Assembly (NCBI GenBank): GCA_963764715.1
Contig: CAVXTP010000009.1
Coordinates: 96,001-160,000, forward strand
Direction of reading: 5' to 3'
Length of the DNA: 64,000 nt
Origin: an uncultured Acidobacteriota bacterium
GTDB lineage: Bacteria; Acidobacteriota; Thermoanaerobaculia; UBA5066; Gp7-AA6
Each line of letters opens with the position of its first letter. The stretch's first letter is position 1. A model generated the notes under the pieces. The model was not told where the DNA came from and made no database searches. It worked only from the letters and a program-made list of their open reading frames with translations. Below, in pieces: positions 12,112-22,708 of the stretch. A program made the position numbers and the translations under genes.

Positions 12112-12810
12112 GTGCGCGACGTGCCGTTCACGCGGTCGCTCCCCGGCCGGCTCTGGCGCCGGCGCGAGTCGATGCGGTCGGACTGGGAGCGCCGGGCCCG
12201 CGAGAATGCGCCGTTCTACATCTGCACGACGGCCGCCGAGTCGGCCGAGGCGTTCGCCGCGTCCGGCGAGAAGGACCTCGCCGAGCAGGTCGTCGACGGG
12301 CTGCCCGTTTCTCCCGGCTGGTCGGTGCTCGAGATCGGCTGCGGGATCGGCCGCCTGCTCAAGCCCCTCTCGCGGCGGGTCGCTCGGGCGATCGGCGTCG
12401 ATCTCTCGGAGGAGATGATCCGCCGGGGGCGCGAGTACTGCGCCGACCGCGACAACGTCGAGCTTCGCCGGACCGACGGGTCTCTCGACTTCCTGCGCGA
12501 CGGCGAGCTCGACTTCGTCTACTCGCACATCGTCTTCCAGCACCTGCCCCGCAAGGCCTACGTCGAGCGTTACTTCCGCGAATCCGCCCGGGTCCTGAAG
12601 CCCGGCGGCTGGCTGCGCGTGCAGGTCGACGGCCGCTCGCGGCAGTTCTTCCGCCGGTGGGTGGCGGACTCCTGGTCCGGGGTCGTCTTCTCGGCCCGCG
12701 AGCTGACGCGCCGCCTCGAACGCGCGGGCTTTCGCGTCACCGAGATCCGGGGCGCGGGGACGCAGTACCTCCGGGCGACCGCGGTGCGGCTCGGGCCCCC
12801 GCCGGGCTGA
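12112..12810 (+). CDS. Class I SAM-dependent methyltransferase
   Basis: VLEIGCGIGR, DFVYSHIVFQHLP, ARVLKPGG. Confidence 0.9.
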   Translation: MRDVPFTRSLPGRLWRRRESMRSDWERRARENAPFYICTTAAESAEAFAASGEKDLAEQVVDGLPVSPGWSVLEIGCGIGRLLKPLSRRVARAIGVDLSEEMIRRGREYCADRDNVELRRTDGSLDFLRDGELDFVYSHIVFQHLPRKAYVERYFRESARVLKPGGWLRVQVDGRSRQFFRRWVADSWSGVVFSARELTRRLERAGFRVTEIRGAGTQYLRATAVRLGPPPG

Positions 12811-12825
12811 GGGCGGAGGCGGCGG

Positions 12826-13470
12826 TTACTTCGCGCCGAGGGCTTCCCGGAACTCTCGCAGCTCCTGCTCGTCGAGGCCGCCGCCCGTGGCGCGCCCCGA
12901 GGCCTCGACGATCAGAACGTGGGGAAGCTCCGGCGTGTCCTCCCACGTCCGGTGGCGCTCGAGACCCGAGAACTCGGGCCGGCCGCTCTCGCCGTAGGTG
13001 CGAAAGACCGTCGTTTCGAAGCCGGCCGTGCGGACCGCGGCGGACAGCGTCGCCCGGTTGTAGAGGAATCGGTGTCCCCAGGCGTGGAACGCCCGGTTCA
13101 GTCGGAAGCAGTCGACCTGGGCATCCTTTTCGCCGGTCGCGGGCCCCCGGTAGTGAGTCAGCATCACCCAGTCGAGGTTGGGCGTCGAGAGTCTCAGCAC
13201 GCCGTCGGGCGCCAGCGCGCGCCGGCACTCGGCGAGGAACGCGAGCCCTTCGTCGAGCGTGAGGTGCTCGAGGAAGTGCTCCGCGTAGATCGACGCGACG
13301 TCGGCGAAGGGCAGCCCCTGCCTTACGTCGATGACCCGGTCGACGCCCTTGAGCGGCTGGTTGTCGATGTTGATCCAGCCGGGAATCGATTCCTGGCCCG
13401 CGCCGATGTGCAGCCGCGTGACCCTTCCGGAGGGCGCCGCCTCCGGCCGCGTGCGTCGGAAGATCCCCAT
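12826..13470 (-). CDS. Methyltransferase-domain protein of the type found in glycan clusters
   Basis: RLHIGAG..IPGWINID, IYAEHFLEHL, ECRRALAPDGVLRLSTPN, WGHRFLYN; start 13470 (ATG) or 13488. Confidence 0.82.
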   Translation of the reverse strand: MGIFRRTRPEAAPSGRVTRLHIGAGQESIPGWINIDNQPLKGVDRVIDVRQGLPFADVASIYAEHFLEHLTLDEGLAFLAECRRALAPDGVLRLSTPNLDWVMLTHYRGPATGEKDAQVDCFRLNRAFHAWGHRFLYNRATLSAAVRTAGFETTVFRTYGESGRPEFSGLERHRTWEDTPELPHVLIVEASGRATGGGLDEQELREFREALGAK

Positions 13471-13567
13471 CGCGGCTCCGTGTACCACACCCGGCTCCGG
13501 AGCGTCGAGGCGTGGTCCGGCGGCGAACGGCGTGTGCTAGGCTTTTTCCAAGATTCGAGGAGGTCAA

Positions 13568-16463
13568 ATGCGACGGTTCCTGCGGGCGATCGCCCTTGCG
13601 GCGGTGGGTCTCTGGTCTTCGTACGCCCTCGCGCAGACGACGGGAGACATCGTCGGGCACGTCACCGACGAAACCGGGGGAGCCCTTCCCGGCGTGACCG
13701 TCGAGGCGCGCTCACCGGCGTTCCAGGGCGTTCGATCGAACGTGACGGACGCGGCGGGCGCCTACCGGCTGGTGCTGCTGCCGCCCGGCACGTACAAGGT
13801 CACGGCCGCCCTCCAGGGGTTCGCGACGACCGAGGCGAGCGTGATCGTCGGCCTCGGCAAGACGTCGACGGGCGATCTCCGCCTGCGACCCGCGGCCAGC
13901 GCCGAGGTCGTCGTCACCGGGGAGCTGCCCCTGATCGACCAGGAGTCCGCCACCATCGGGACGAACATCGACAGCCGGCAGATCAAGTCCCTGCCGACCG
14001 GGCGCAGCTACACCTCGATCGTCCAGATCTCGGCGGGCGTTTCGACCCAGACGGCCAACACGTCCGCCTTCGCGAACACGATCGTCGTGAACGGCTCGAC
14101 GGGCCTCGAGAACGGCTTCGTGATCGACGGCGTCGTCACGAGCGGCGTCGAGTACGGCGCCCAGGGCAAGGACCTGAACTACGAGTTCATCCAGGAAGTC
14201 GAGATCAAGACCGGCGGCTACCAGGCCGAGTTCGGCCGCTCGACGGGCGGCATCATCAACGTCATCACGAAGTCGGGCGGCAACGAGTTCCACGGCGAGG
14301 CCTTCGCGTACTACGACAACAATTCGCTCCAGGCCAACAACAAGCACCCCGAGGACTCGCAGCTCTTCTCCTTCGTCTCGGGCTACAACCGGCTCGATTA
14401 CGGGTTCGATCTCGGCGGCTACGTCCTCAAGGACAAGGTCTGGTTCTTCGGCGCCTACGACCGCGTGCAGAACACGACCAAGCAGACGCTGACCGAGGGG
14501 CCCAACGCGGGACTTCCCGCCGACACGGACACGACGCGTAACCTCGGTTCGGCCAAGGTGACCTGGATGATCAACGCCTCCAACACGGTGGTCGGGAGCT
14601 ACTTCCAGGACCCGCGGACCGACACGGGCGCGGTCAACGACGGCGCGCACCCCGTCAACGGTCCCTACACGAGCTTCATCGGCGACCAGAGCTCCGGCGG
14701 CAGCGACTACTCGCTCCGGTACAGCGGCCTCTTCGGCTCGAGCTGGGCCGTGGCCCTCCAGGGAGCGGTCCACCACGAGAAGAACAACGTCGATCCGGGG
14801 CTGCCGGGCGGCGACGAGATCCAGTTCGTCGACACGATCAACAACGTCCAGCAGGGGGGATTCGGACTCATCCAGGACAAGGCCTTCAAGCGGTATCTCG
14901 GAACGATGTCGGTGACGAAGTACCTCGGCAACAACGAGATCAAGGGCGGCTTCGAGTTCATGGAGGACCAGGCCGACGTCATCAAGCGCATGTCCGGCGG
15001 CCAGCAGGTCACGATCCTTCCGAACACGGGCGACCCGTCGCGGCCCGTCTACTCCCACTTCTACTGGACGATCCCGACCGCCAGCCTGCCGGACAACGTG
15101 CCGACGTCGCAGTTGAACGCGACCCCGTTCCACCGGACCTATTCGTTCTACCTCCAGGACACCCTCACGCTCATGCCCAACCTGACGATCAGCCTGGGCG
15201 TCCGCTACGACAACCAGCAGATCTTCTCGGGAGACGGCACGCGGCAGATCAACATCACCGACAGCTGGGCGCCGCGCATCGGCTTCACCTGGGATCCCAC
15301 GAAGGACGGCAGGACCAAGGTGTTCGGCTCGTACGGCTACTTTTACGAGCAGATCCCGATGGACCTCGTCATCCGTTCGTACAGCTCGGAGCGCCAGCCC
15401 ACGATCTACAACTTCGATCCCACCTCGCTCGTCCCGGACGTGACGGCGGCCGAAATCGCCGGCGACGACAACGCGGCCCGCCAGGGCGGCGGAAAGATCT
15501 TCGGCGGCTTCAACGACCTCACGGATGCGGGCCTCTCCGGACAGTACCTGCGCGAGGGCATCTTCGGCATCGAGCGGGCACTGACGCCGACCCTCGCCGC
15601 GCGCGCCCGCTTCGTCTACCGGGACCTGCCCCGGGTCGTCGAGGACTACCTGTGCTCGAACGAGGGCGACTACTGCGTCGGCAACCCGACCGAAGGCCGG
15701 ATGGCGAACCTCTTCTCGCTCGATTACAACACCCAGTTCACCACGCCGAGGGCTCAGCGGATCTACAAGGGGTTCCAGTTCGACGTGACCAAGCAGTTCT
15801 CGGACAACTGGACGGTGCTCGCGTCCTACGTCTACGCGACGCTCCAGGGCAACTACGACGGCCTCTTCGCGCCGTACACGCAGCCCCGCGGCACGGCGGA
15901 CCCCAACATCTCGGCGCTCTACGACTACTACGACTTCTTCACGAAGGGCCCGGTGATCGACGGCGTCGCGCAGCCGGTCACGACCACCGGCTACCTCTCG
16001 AATGATCGCCGCAGCGTCGCCAAACTCTCCGGCGTGTACGTGACGCCGTTCAACCTGTCGGTCGGCCTCGTCGACCTATTACCAGACCGGCACGCCGATC
16101 TCGCGCATCGGGTTCTCGGACGCCTACTCGCGGCCGGAGTTCTTCCTCGACCGGCGCGGCTCCGAGGGCCGGGTCCAGTCCTCCTACGACGCCGACGTCC
16201 ACCTCGGCTATCCGCTCCAGCTCGGTCCGGTGACGCTGAACTTCCTGGTCGACGTGTTCAACATCCTCAACACGCAGCGCGTCATCGCCGTGGACCAGCG
16301 GTACAACCTGTCCGAGTTTCAGGATCCCGCTTTCGGCCCCAACTACGTCTGCGGTAGCAACCTGAGCGCGGACGACGAGGCGGTGTGCAACCCGACCTAC
16401 GGGCAGGCGATCGCACGCACGCTCCCGACGTCGGTGCGGTTCGGCGCGAAGCTCGCGTTCTAA
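13568..16463 (+). pseudogene. Oar-like TonB-dependent receptor with carboxypeptidase-regulatory N-domain; +1 frameshift near 16070
   Basis: SD GAGGAGG, signal peptide, GHVTDETGGALPGVTV, AEFGRSTGGIINVITKSGGNEFHG; barrel continues in +1 frame (STYYQTGTPISR...VRFGAKLAF*, terminal Phe). True pseudogene versus sequencing error unresolved. Confidence 0.85.
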
Positions 16464-16474
16464 GGCCGAGCAGA

Positions 16475-16527
16475 GTAGGGGCGGGGCTGTCCCCGCCCGG
16501 ACGGGCGGCCGCAAGGGCCGCCCCTAC
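16475..16527. repeat. GTAG-type REP doublet (REPIN-like)
   Basis: GTAGGGGCGGGGCTGTCCCCGCCC plus inverted GTAGGGGCGGCCCTTGCGGCCGCCC between convergent genes. Confidence 0.8.
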
Positions 16528-17318
16528 GTTTGGTCGGGCAGCGCGGAGGCGAAGAAGTCGCCGAGGGCGGCGGCGACGGCGCCGGGCCGCTCCATCGGCG
16601 TCAGGTGCCCGGCGCCCGGAATCGTGACGAGCCGCGCGCCCGGAATGGCCGCGGCCATCGCCTCGGAATCCGCGGGCGGCGTCAGCGCGTCCTGCGCCCC
16701 GACGACGACGAGCGCCGGGACCCCGATCGAGGCGAGGCCGGGGCGGGCGTCGGGCCGGTCCCGCATGGCGGCGAGGTCGGCTTCGACGGTCTCCGGCGTC
16801 TGCCGCATGATGATCCGCCGCAGGCGGCCGACGAGGTCTTCGTTCCCGAGCGAGGCCGGAGTCAGGAGCTTCGGGACCATCGCGTCCGCGATGGCGGCGA
16901 CGCCGGCCGAGCGCACCGTGGCGATGGCTTCGTCCCGCCTGGCCCGACCGGCTTCGTCGTCCGCCTGGGCGCGCGTGTCGACGAGCGCGAGCGCCGCGAG
17001 CTTCGCCGGCTTGCGGCGGGCCAGAGCGAGGGCGACGTAGCCGCCCATCGAAAATCCGGCCACTCCCGCCGGACCCGGGAGCCCGGCGAGGATCGCGTCG
17101 AGAAAGTCGGCCGAGTCCTCGAGCGTCGCCCCGGAGGCGACCGGCGTCTCGCCCCGTCCCGGGAGGTCCGGCTTGAGCACCCGGAACTTCGCGGCGAGCA
17201 CGCGCGCCACCCCCGACCACATCGCGCCGTCGAGGGGATAGCCGTGCACGAGGACGAGCGGGGGACCCGAGCCCATCTCCCGGATCCGCGCCGTCCCGCC
17301 CTTCCAGACCAGGTCCAT
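16524..17318 (-). CDS. Alpha/beta hydrolase (PcaD/MenH-like)
   Basis: LVHGYP, GFSMGG nucleophile elbow, GAQDALTP, GAGHLTPMERP. Confidence 0.92.
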   Translation of the reverse strand: MDLVWKGGTARIREMGSGPPLVLVHGYPLDGAMWSGVARVLAAKFRVLKPDLPGRGETPVASGATLEDSADFLDAILAGLPGPAGVAGFSMGGYVALALARRKPAKLAALALVDTRAQADDEAGRARRDEAIATVRSAGVAAIADAMVPKLLTPASLGNEDLVGRLRRIIMRQTPETVEADLAAMRDRPDARPGLASIGVPALVVVGAQDALTPPADSEAMAAAIPGARLVTIPGAGHLTPMERPGAVAAALGDFFASALPDQT

Positions 17319-17331
17319 CGGGAGAGGCTCC

Positions 17332-18318
17332 TCAGGCCGCGCCGATCCGGCCGAGCTCGTCGACCGTCGCCCGCAGCACCTCGACCGCGTCCCGGTCCCA
17401 CCAGCCCCGCTGGACGCCGTCGGCGAGGATCTCGAAGGCGGTCGCGATCGACAGGGCGCCGCGGTACGCGCGGTCGGTCGTGAGCGCGTCGAAGATGTCG
17501 GAGACGGTCACGATCCGCACGGACATCGGGATCGCGGCGGCCGAGATCCCCTCGGGGTAGCCCGAGCCGTCGAGCCGCTCGTGATGCGAGTAGACGACCG
17601 GGAGGGTCTTCCGCATCGTGCGCATCGGCAGGAGGAGCTCGTGTCCGACGGTCGGGTGCTCCTCGATCACGGCGCGTTCCTCGGGCGTCAGCGTGCCGGG
17701 CTTGCGCAGGATCGCGTCGGGGATCACGATCTTGCCGAGGTCGTGGAACAGGGCGCCCCGCCGCATGTCCGTGCGCGCGGCGCCGTCGAGGCCCATCCGG
17801 TCCGCCACGCGATCGGCGTATTCGGCCACGCGGCCGCTGTGGCCGGCGGTGTAGGGGTCGCGGGCGTCGATCGTCTTGGCGAGCGTCAGGATGACGTGCT
17901 CGGCGTGCTCGTGCTCGTCGGCGAAGAGCTTGAGCATGACGAGGGCGCGCACGCGCGGCACGAGCTCCTCGGGGGAGAAGGGCTTGGCGATGAAGTCGGT
18001 CACGCCGATGCCCTGGGCGCGCATTTTCTCGGCCGGGGAGGCGGCTCCCGTGAGCATCACGACCGGCAGGAGGCGCGTCGAGGGCTCGGCGCGGATCTCC
18101 TCGAGCACGTCGTGGCCGCTGCGGTCGGGCAGGTGCAGGTCGAGCAGCACGAGGTCCGGCGGGTTCGCCCGGACGAGCTCCATGGCGCCCGCGGCCGTCG
18201 CCGACTCTTCGACCGTGTAGCCGGAGCGCAGGAGGAGGCGGCGCAGATAGGCCCTCACCTGTTCGTCGTCATCGACGACCAGAATCCGCACGGAGGACGT
18301 CTCGGGTACTGGAAACAC
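17332..18318 (-). CDS. Response regulator with HD-GYP cyclic di-GMP phosphodiesterase domain
   Basis: REC (ILVVDDD, LLDLHLP, FIAKP) plus YTAGHS..LFHDLGK..HHERLDGSGYP; start 18318 or 18291. Confidence 0.9.
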   Translation of the reverse strand: MFPVPETSSVRILVVDDDEQVRAYLRRLLLRSGYTVEESATAAGAMELVRANPPDLVLLDLHLPDRSGHDVLEEIRAEPSTRLLPVVMLTGAASPAEKMRAQGIGVTDFIAKPFSPEELVPRVRALVMLKLFADEHEHAEHVILTLAKTIDARDPYTAGHSGRVAEYADRVADRMGLDGAARTDMRRGALFHDLGKIVIPDAILRKPGTLTPEERAVIEEHPTVGHELLLPMRTMRKTLPVVYSHHERLDGSGYPEGISAAAIPMSVRIVTVSDIFDALTTDRAYRGALSIATAFEILADGVQRGWWDRDAVEVLRATVDELGRIGAA

Positions 18319-18320
18319 GG

Positions 18321-19442
18321 TCAGAAGGCTCGTTTGGAAGCTCGAACCAGTGTAACAGAGCGCCCCGGGACGCCCTCCAGGGCGGCCGAGGCGATGCGGC
18401 GGGTCAGCGTCGGTATGGCCGACCGGGCGAGGGCGCCGGGCGTGAGCCAGCGCATGGCCTCGGGACGGCGCTCCGGCATCCCGCCGCTTTCGGCGCGGGG
18501 CGCGGCGCGGTAGATGCGGATGTCGAGGAGGCGGTTCACGATCGTGTGCCGCGCCGTCGCGACCGCCCGCGCGCCGGCCAGGCGGAGCCCGAGGCCGGGA
18601 AGCGCCCTCGCGAGCGCCCTGCGCGCCGCGGCCGGGGAACGCCCTTCGGCGGCGGGAAAGAGCCAGAGCCCGCGCAGGAGGGTGCCGCTTTCCCGGCGGA
18701 GCAGCACGCGGCCGGCGTGCACCGCGACGGCGGCGGCGACGTGGACGCGGCGGGGCCGCGGCTTCGCGCGGCGTCGGGGAAACCGCTCGGGCGCCCCCGT
18801 CGCGAAGGCGGCGCAGAGACGCGAGACGGGGCACGCGTCGCACGCGGGCCGCCGGGGCAGGCAGATCTGCTGGCCGAGGTCCATGAGCGCCGCGGTCAGG
18901 TCGCCCGGGCGGCGCGCGGGCAGGAGCTCGCCGGCGCGGCGGCGCACCGCGGCGGCGTGCGCGGCGGTGCCGGCCACGCCGCGGATCGCGAAGAGCCGCG
19001 AGACGACCCGGGTCACGTTGGCGTCGACCGCGGGCACGCGCGCGCCGAAGGCGAGCGAGGCGACGGCGGCCGCCATGTAGTCCCCGAATCCGGGCAGCCT
19101 CGCGAGCGTCGCCGGGTCTCGGGGCACCTGTCCGCCGTGCCGCGCGACGAGCTCCCGCGCCGCCGCGTGGAGGTGCCGCGCGCGGGCGTAGTACCCGAGG
19201 CCCGACCAGGCGGCGAGCACGCTCGACTCGCGCGCGCGGGCGAGCGACGCGAGATCGGGAAACCGCCCCAGGAATCCGGCGTAGCGGCCGCGCACGGCCG
19301 CGACCGTCGTCTGCTGGAGCATGACCTCCGAGACCCAGATGCGGTAGGGATCGCGGGTCCCGCGCCACGGCAGGGCGCGTTTCTCGCGGCGAAACCAGGC
19401 GAGGAGCGCGCGGCGGATCGGCGCCGCGCGGTCGCCCCTCAG
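18321..19442 (-). CDS. mutY: A/G-specific adenine glycosylase
   Basis: LPWR..DPYRIWVSEVMLQQT, WSGLGYYARAR, LPGFGDY, VDANVTRV, Fe-S ICLPRRPACDACPVSRLC; start uncertain (CTG at 19442). Confidence 0.93.
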   Translation of the reverse strand: MRGDRAAPIRRALLAWFRREKRALPWRGTRDPYRIWVSEVMLQQTTVAAVRGRYAGFLGRFPDLASLARARESSVLAAWSGLGYYARARHLHAAARELVARHGGQVPRDPATLARLPGFGDYMAAAVASLAFGARVPAVDANVTRVVSRLFAIRGVAGTAAHAAAVRRRAGELLPARRPGDLTAALMDLGQQICLPRRPACDACPVSRLCAAFATGAPERFPRRRAKPRPRRVHVAAAVAVHAGRVLLRRESGTLLRGLWLFPAAEGRSPAAARRALARALPGLGLRLAGARAVATARHTIVNRLLDIRIYRAAPRAESGGMPERRPEAMRWLTPGALARSAIPTLTRRIASAALEGVPGRSVTLVRASKRAF

Positions 19443-20554
19443 GAGGGCGTGACCTCGGTGCGCGGCGCGATCCAGCCGGGCTCGCGCATCAGGTCGCGCA
19501 CGAACGCCTTCTCCTCGGCGTTCGGGAGGACCTCGGCGACGTGTTTCGCGTACGCCTCGGGCGACAGCTTCTCGCCCGTGACCGAATACGGCTCCCCGAC
19601 GAACTCGCCGATCGAGCGGTGGAACCGCATGTCGGGCGCGGTCAGCGGCGGCGTGCCGGCGGGCAGGAACTTGCTGATCGACTCGAGGAGGCCGTCGACC
19701 TCCTTCTTGTAGAGGTCGCGCGACATCTCGTTCAGGTGCGCCTTGTCGGGGTCCGCGGGCTGCCGGGCCTCGTCGTACCGGCCCTTCAGGCCCCACACGT
19801 AGAACCACTCGGCCGAGGACGACGAGTCCTTGCCGAAGAGGTCGTAGGCCGTCGAGAGCCACTTGTTGACGTACTTCTGCAGGAGGGCGGGCGGCACGCG
19901 TCCGGCCTTCACGATCCGCTGGAGGCCCATGTGCCCGGTGCCGAGGTGGAAGCCCTCCTCGCGCAGCATCGGTCCCATCGAGCGCGCGAGCGGCGCGAAG
20001 CCCGACGTCGAGAGCATGTTGAGCTGGAACTTGCCGTCGCGGTCGACGAACTCGGTGTAGGTGAAGAAGTCGACCCAGTTGTCGACGTCCACGTTGAACG
20101 ACCCGAGGAGACGGTTGTTGTCCCAGGCGCGGCGCTCGAGGAGCTTGCGCGCCTCGATCTTCCCGGTCTCGCCGAAGTGGTTGACGAGGAGGTGGCACAT
20201 CTGCCAGCCGTGGCGCATCTCCTCGACCATGATGCGGCACGCGCTGTCGGTGTCGTAGTCGGAAGGCGAGCACTCGAGGAGCCGGCGCTGCTGCTCGACC
20301 GAGGCGAACTCCGTGTCGCCCTGGTACACGATGAGGTTGCACAGGGCGTCGCGGATCGGCTGCTGGGGGATCTGCGTCACCCGCTCCCACTTGCGCGCGC
20401 CGCGGAAATCTCCGTACTCGATCTCGTCGGTCTTCAGGTCCCCGTACTTGGCTTCGAACTGATAGTCCGAGTACTTCGGCAGCGCCAGGCCGATGTCCTT
20501 CTGCCAGGCGCGGAACGCGTCGATCCAGTCGTCGAACGTGGCGATCTTGCTCAT
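19439..20554 (-). CDS. BoxB/PaaA-like di-iron ferritin-fold aromatic acyl-CoA epoxidase subunit
   Basis: QGDTEFASVEQQ, EEMRHGW, DRDGKFQL, EEGFH: two ExxH di-iron motifs as in benzoyl-CoA oxygenase BoxB. Confidence 0.82.
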   Translation of the reverse strand: MSKIATFDDWIDAFRAWQKDIGLALPKYSDYQFEAKYGDLKTDEIEYGDFRGARKWERVTQIPQQPIRDALCNLIVYQGDTEFASVEQQRRLLECSPSDYDTDSACRIMVEEMRHGWQMCHLLVNHFGETGKIEARKLLERRAWDNNRLLGSFNVDVDNWVDFFTYTEFVDRDGKFQLNMLSTSGFAPLARSMGPMLREEGFHLGTGHMGLQRIVKAGRVPPALLQKYVNKWLSTAYDLFGKDSSSSAEWFYVWGLKGRYDEARQPADPDKAHLNEMSRDLYKKEVDGLLESISKFLPAGTPPLTAPDMRFHRSIGEFVGEPYSVTGEKLSPEAYAKHVAEVLPNAEEKAFVRDLMREPGWIAPRTEVTPS

Positions 20555-20586
20555 GACCCTCCCGGAACAACTATCATATCGGGAAT

Positions 20587-21003
20587 ATGCCCCTGGAGAT
20601 CGACTGGGAGGGCCTGATCGTGGCCTTCGAGAACCGCTCCCAGAAGATCACGCACTTCTTCGACTGCGAGACCGGCGACGTCGTCCAGGTGCTCGTCCGC
20701 GATGCCGCCCGCCACGCCGAGCTTACGGCCGACCCGCGCTACCGCGCGCTGCCGAAGGACCGGGGAGAACGGACGCGCGGCGACCTCGTGGACTTCGCGG
20801 CCCACTGCGAGGACGAGGACTGCCGCCGGGACCTGCGCAAGGCGCTCGAGTCGCCCGAGCCGGCCGACGCCTACCGCGCGGCCCTCCTCGCCCACCCGAA
20901 GGAGGAGACCCACTTCTTCCAGTTCAAGGAGCGCCGCGCGCGCGAACGGGCCGTCGAGTGGCTCAAGGGGCAGGGGATCGCGCGGGAGGTCCCGCTAACG
21001 TAG
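20587..21003 (+). CDS. UPF0158-family protein
   Basis: IDWEGLIVAFE...FFDCETGDV...AVEWLK pattern. Confidence 0.75.
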   Translation: MPLEIDWEGLIVAFENRSQKITHFFDCETGDVVQVLVRDAARHAELTADPRYRALPKDRGERTRGDLVDFAAHCEDEDCRRDLRKALESPEPADAYRAALLAHPKEETHFFQFKERRARERAVEWLKGQGIAREVPLT

Positions 21004-21609
21004 CCGCAGGACGCCGAAGCGCTCCGGCACGTGGAAGTCGGGAGGCGCGGCGAAGGTCGGGGACCACGCGGTGAACTCGTCTGGTTCCGAAGCGCCCCCG
21101 CCGCGATCGATCCGGTAGAAGTTGGCCCTCAGCCGCGCCGGCGCCGGCGTCCCGCACCACGGTTCGAGGGGGATCGTGAGAAGGGCCGACCACCTCTCCG
21201 GCCGGAGAGTCACGCGGGCCTCGAGGCCCGGGCAGTCCCAGGAGGCGTCGACCCGCATCGAGCTTCGCTCGAGCGCGGGGGATTCGACCCGCGCGTCGAA
21301 CAGCGCGCCGAGCGGATTGACCTCGAACTCGTAGTAGACGCGGGGCGGATCGTCGCAGGCGAGGAACACTTCGAAGACGTCCTCGGTCCACAGCGGGCCG
21401 TCGCGCTCGGTCCGCGTCGCGACGACGCCGGCGTCGCGCCCGTCGAACCGGACGCAGAGCGCTCCGTCCCGCAGGCCCACGCGGACCGACGTCGCGAGAC
21501 GCGGCGGCCCGCCCGTGACGGCGTCGGCGAGGCGGATCGCCGGCAGGCCGACGAGACGGTCGGTCGGCGCGAGCGGCGGAACGCTCAGCTCGGGGACGGG
21601 CGCGGGCAT
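20995..21609 (-). CDS. Carbohydrate-binding family 9-like (DOMON-like) protein
   Basis: RDGPLWTEDVFEVF, YYEFEVNPLGALFD, RANFYRI, WSPT...DFHVPERFG. Confidence 0.85.
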   Translation of the reverse strand: MPAPVPELSVPPLAPTDRLVGLPAIRLADAVTGGPPRLATSVRVGLRDGALCVRFDGRDAGVVATRTERDGPLWTEDVFEVFLACDDPPRVYYEFEVNPLGALFDARVESPALERSSMRVDASWDCPGLEARVTLRPERWSALLTIPLEPWCGTPAPARLRANFYRIDRGGGASEPDEFTAWSPTFAAPPDFHVPERFGVLRLR

Positions 21610-21634
21610 CGGACCCGCATTCTGACCGATCCCG

Positions 21635-22630
<996 letters not shown>

Positions 22631-22708
22631 CCCACCACCTCCGTGCAGACCCATCCGGGCCGAGGCTAGGCGTGCGCCCGTATTGTGCCTCCGAAACTCA
22701 CGAGATTT

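Noticed and set aside
16060-16085. Programmed ribosomal frameshift in the TonB receptor
   Set aside because: No slippery heptamer, homopolymer or stimulatory structure evident
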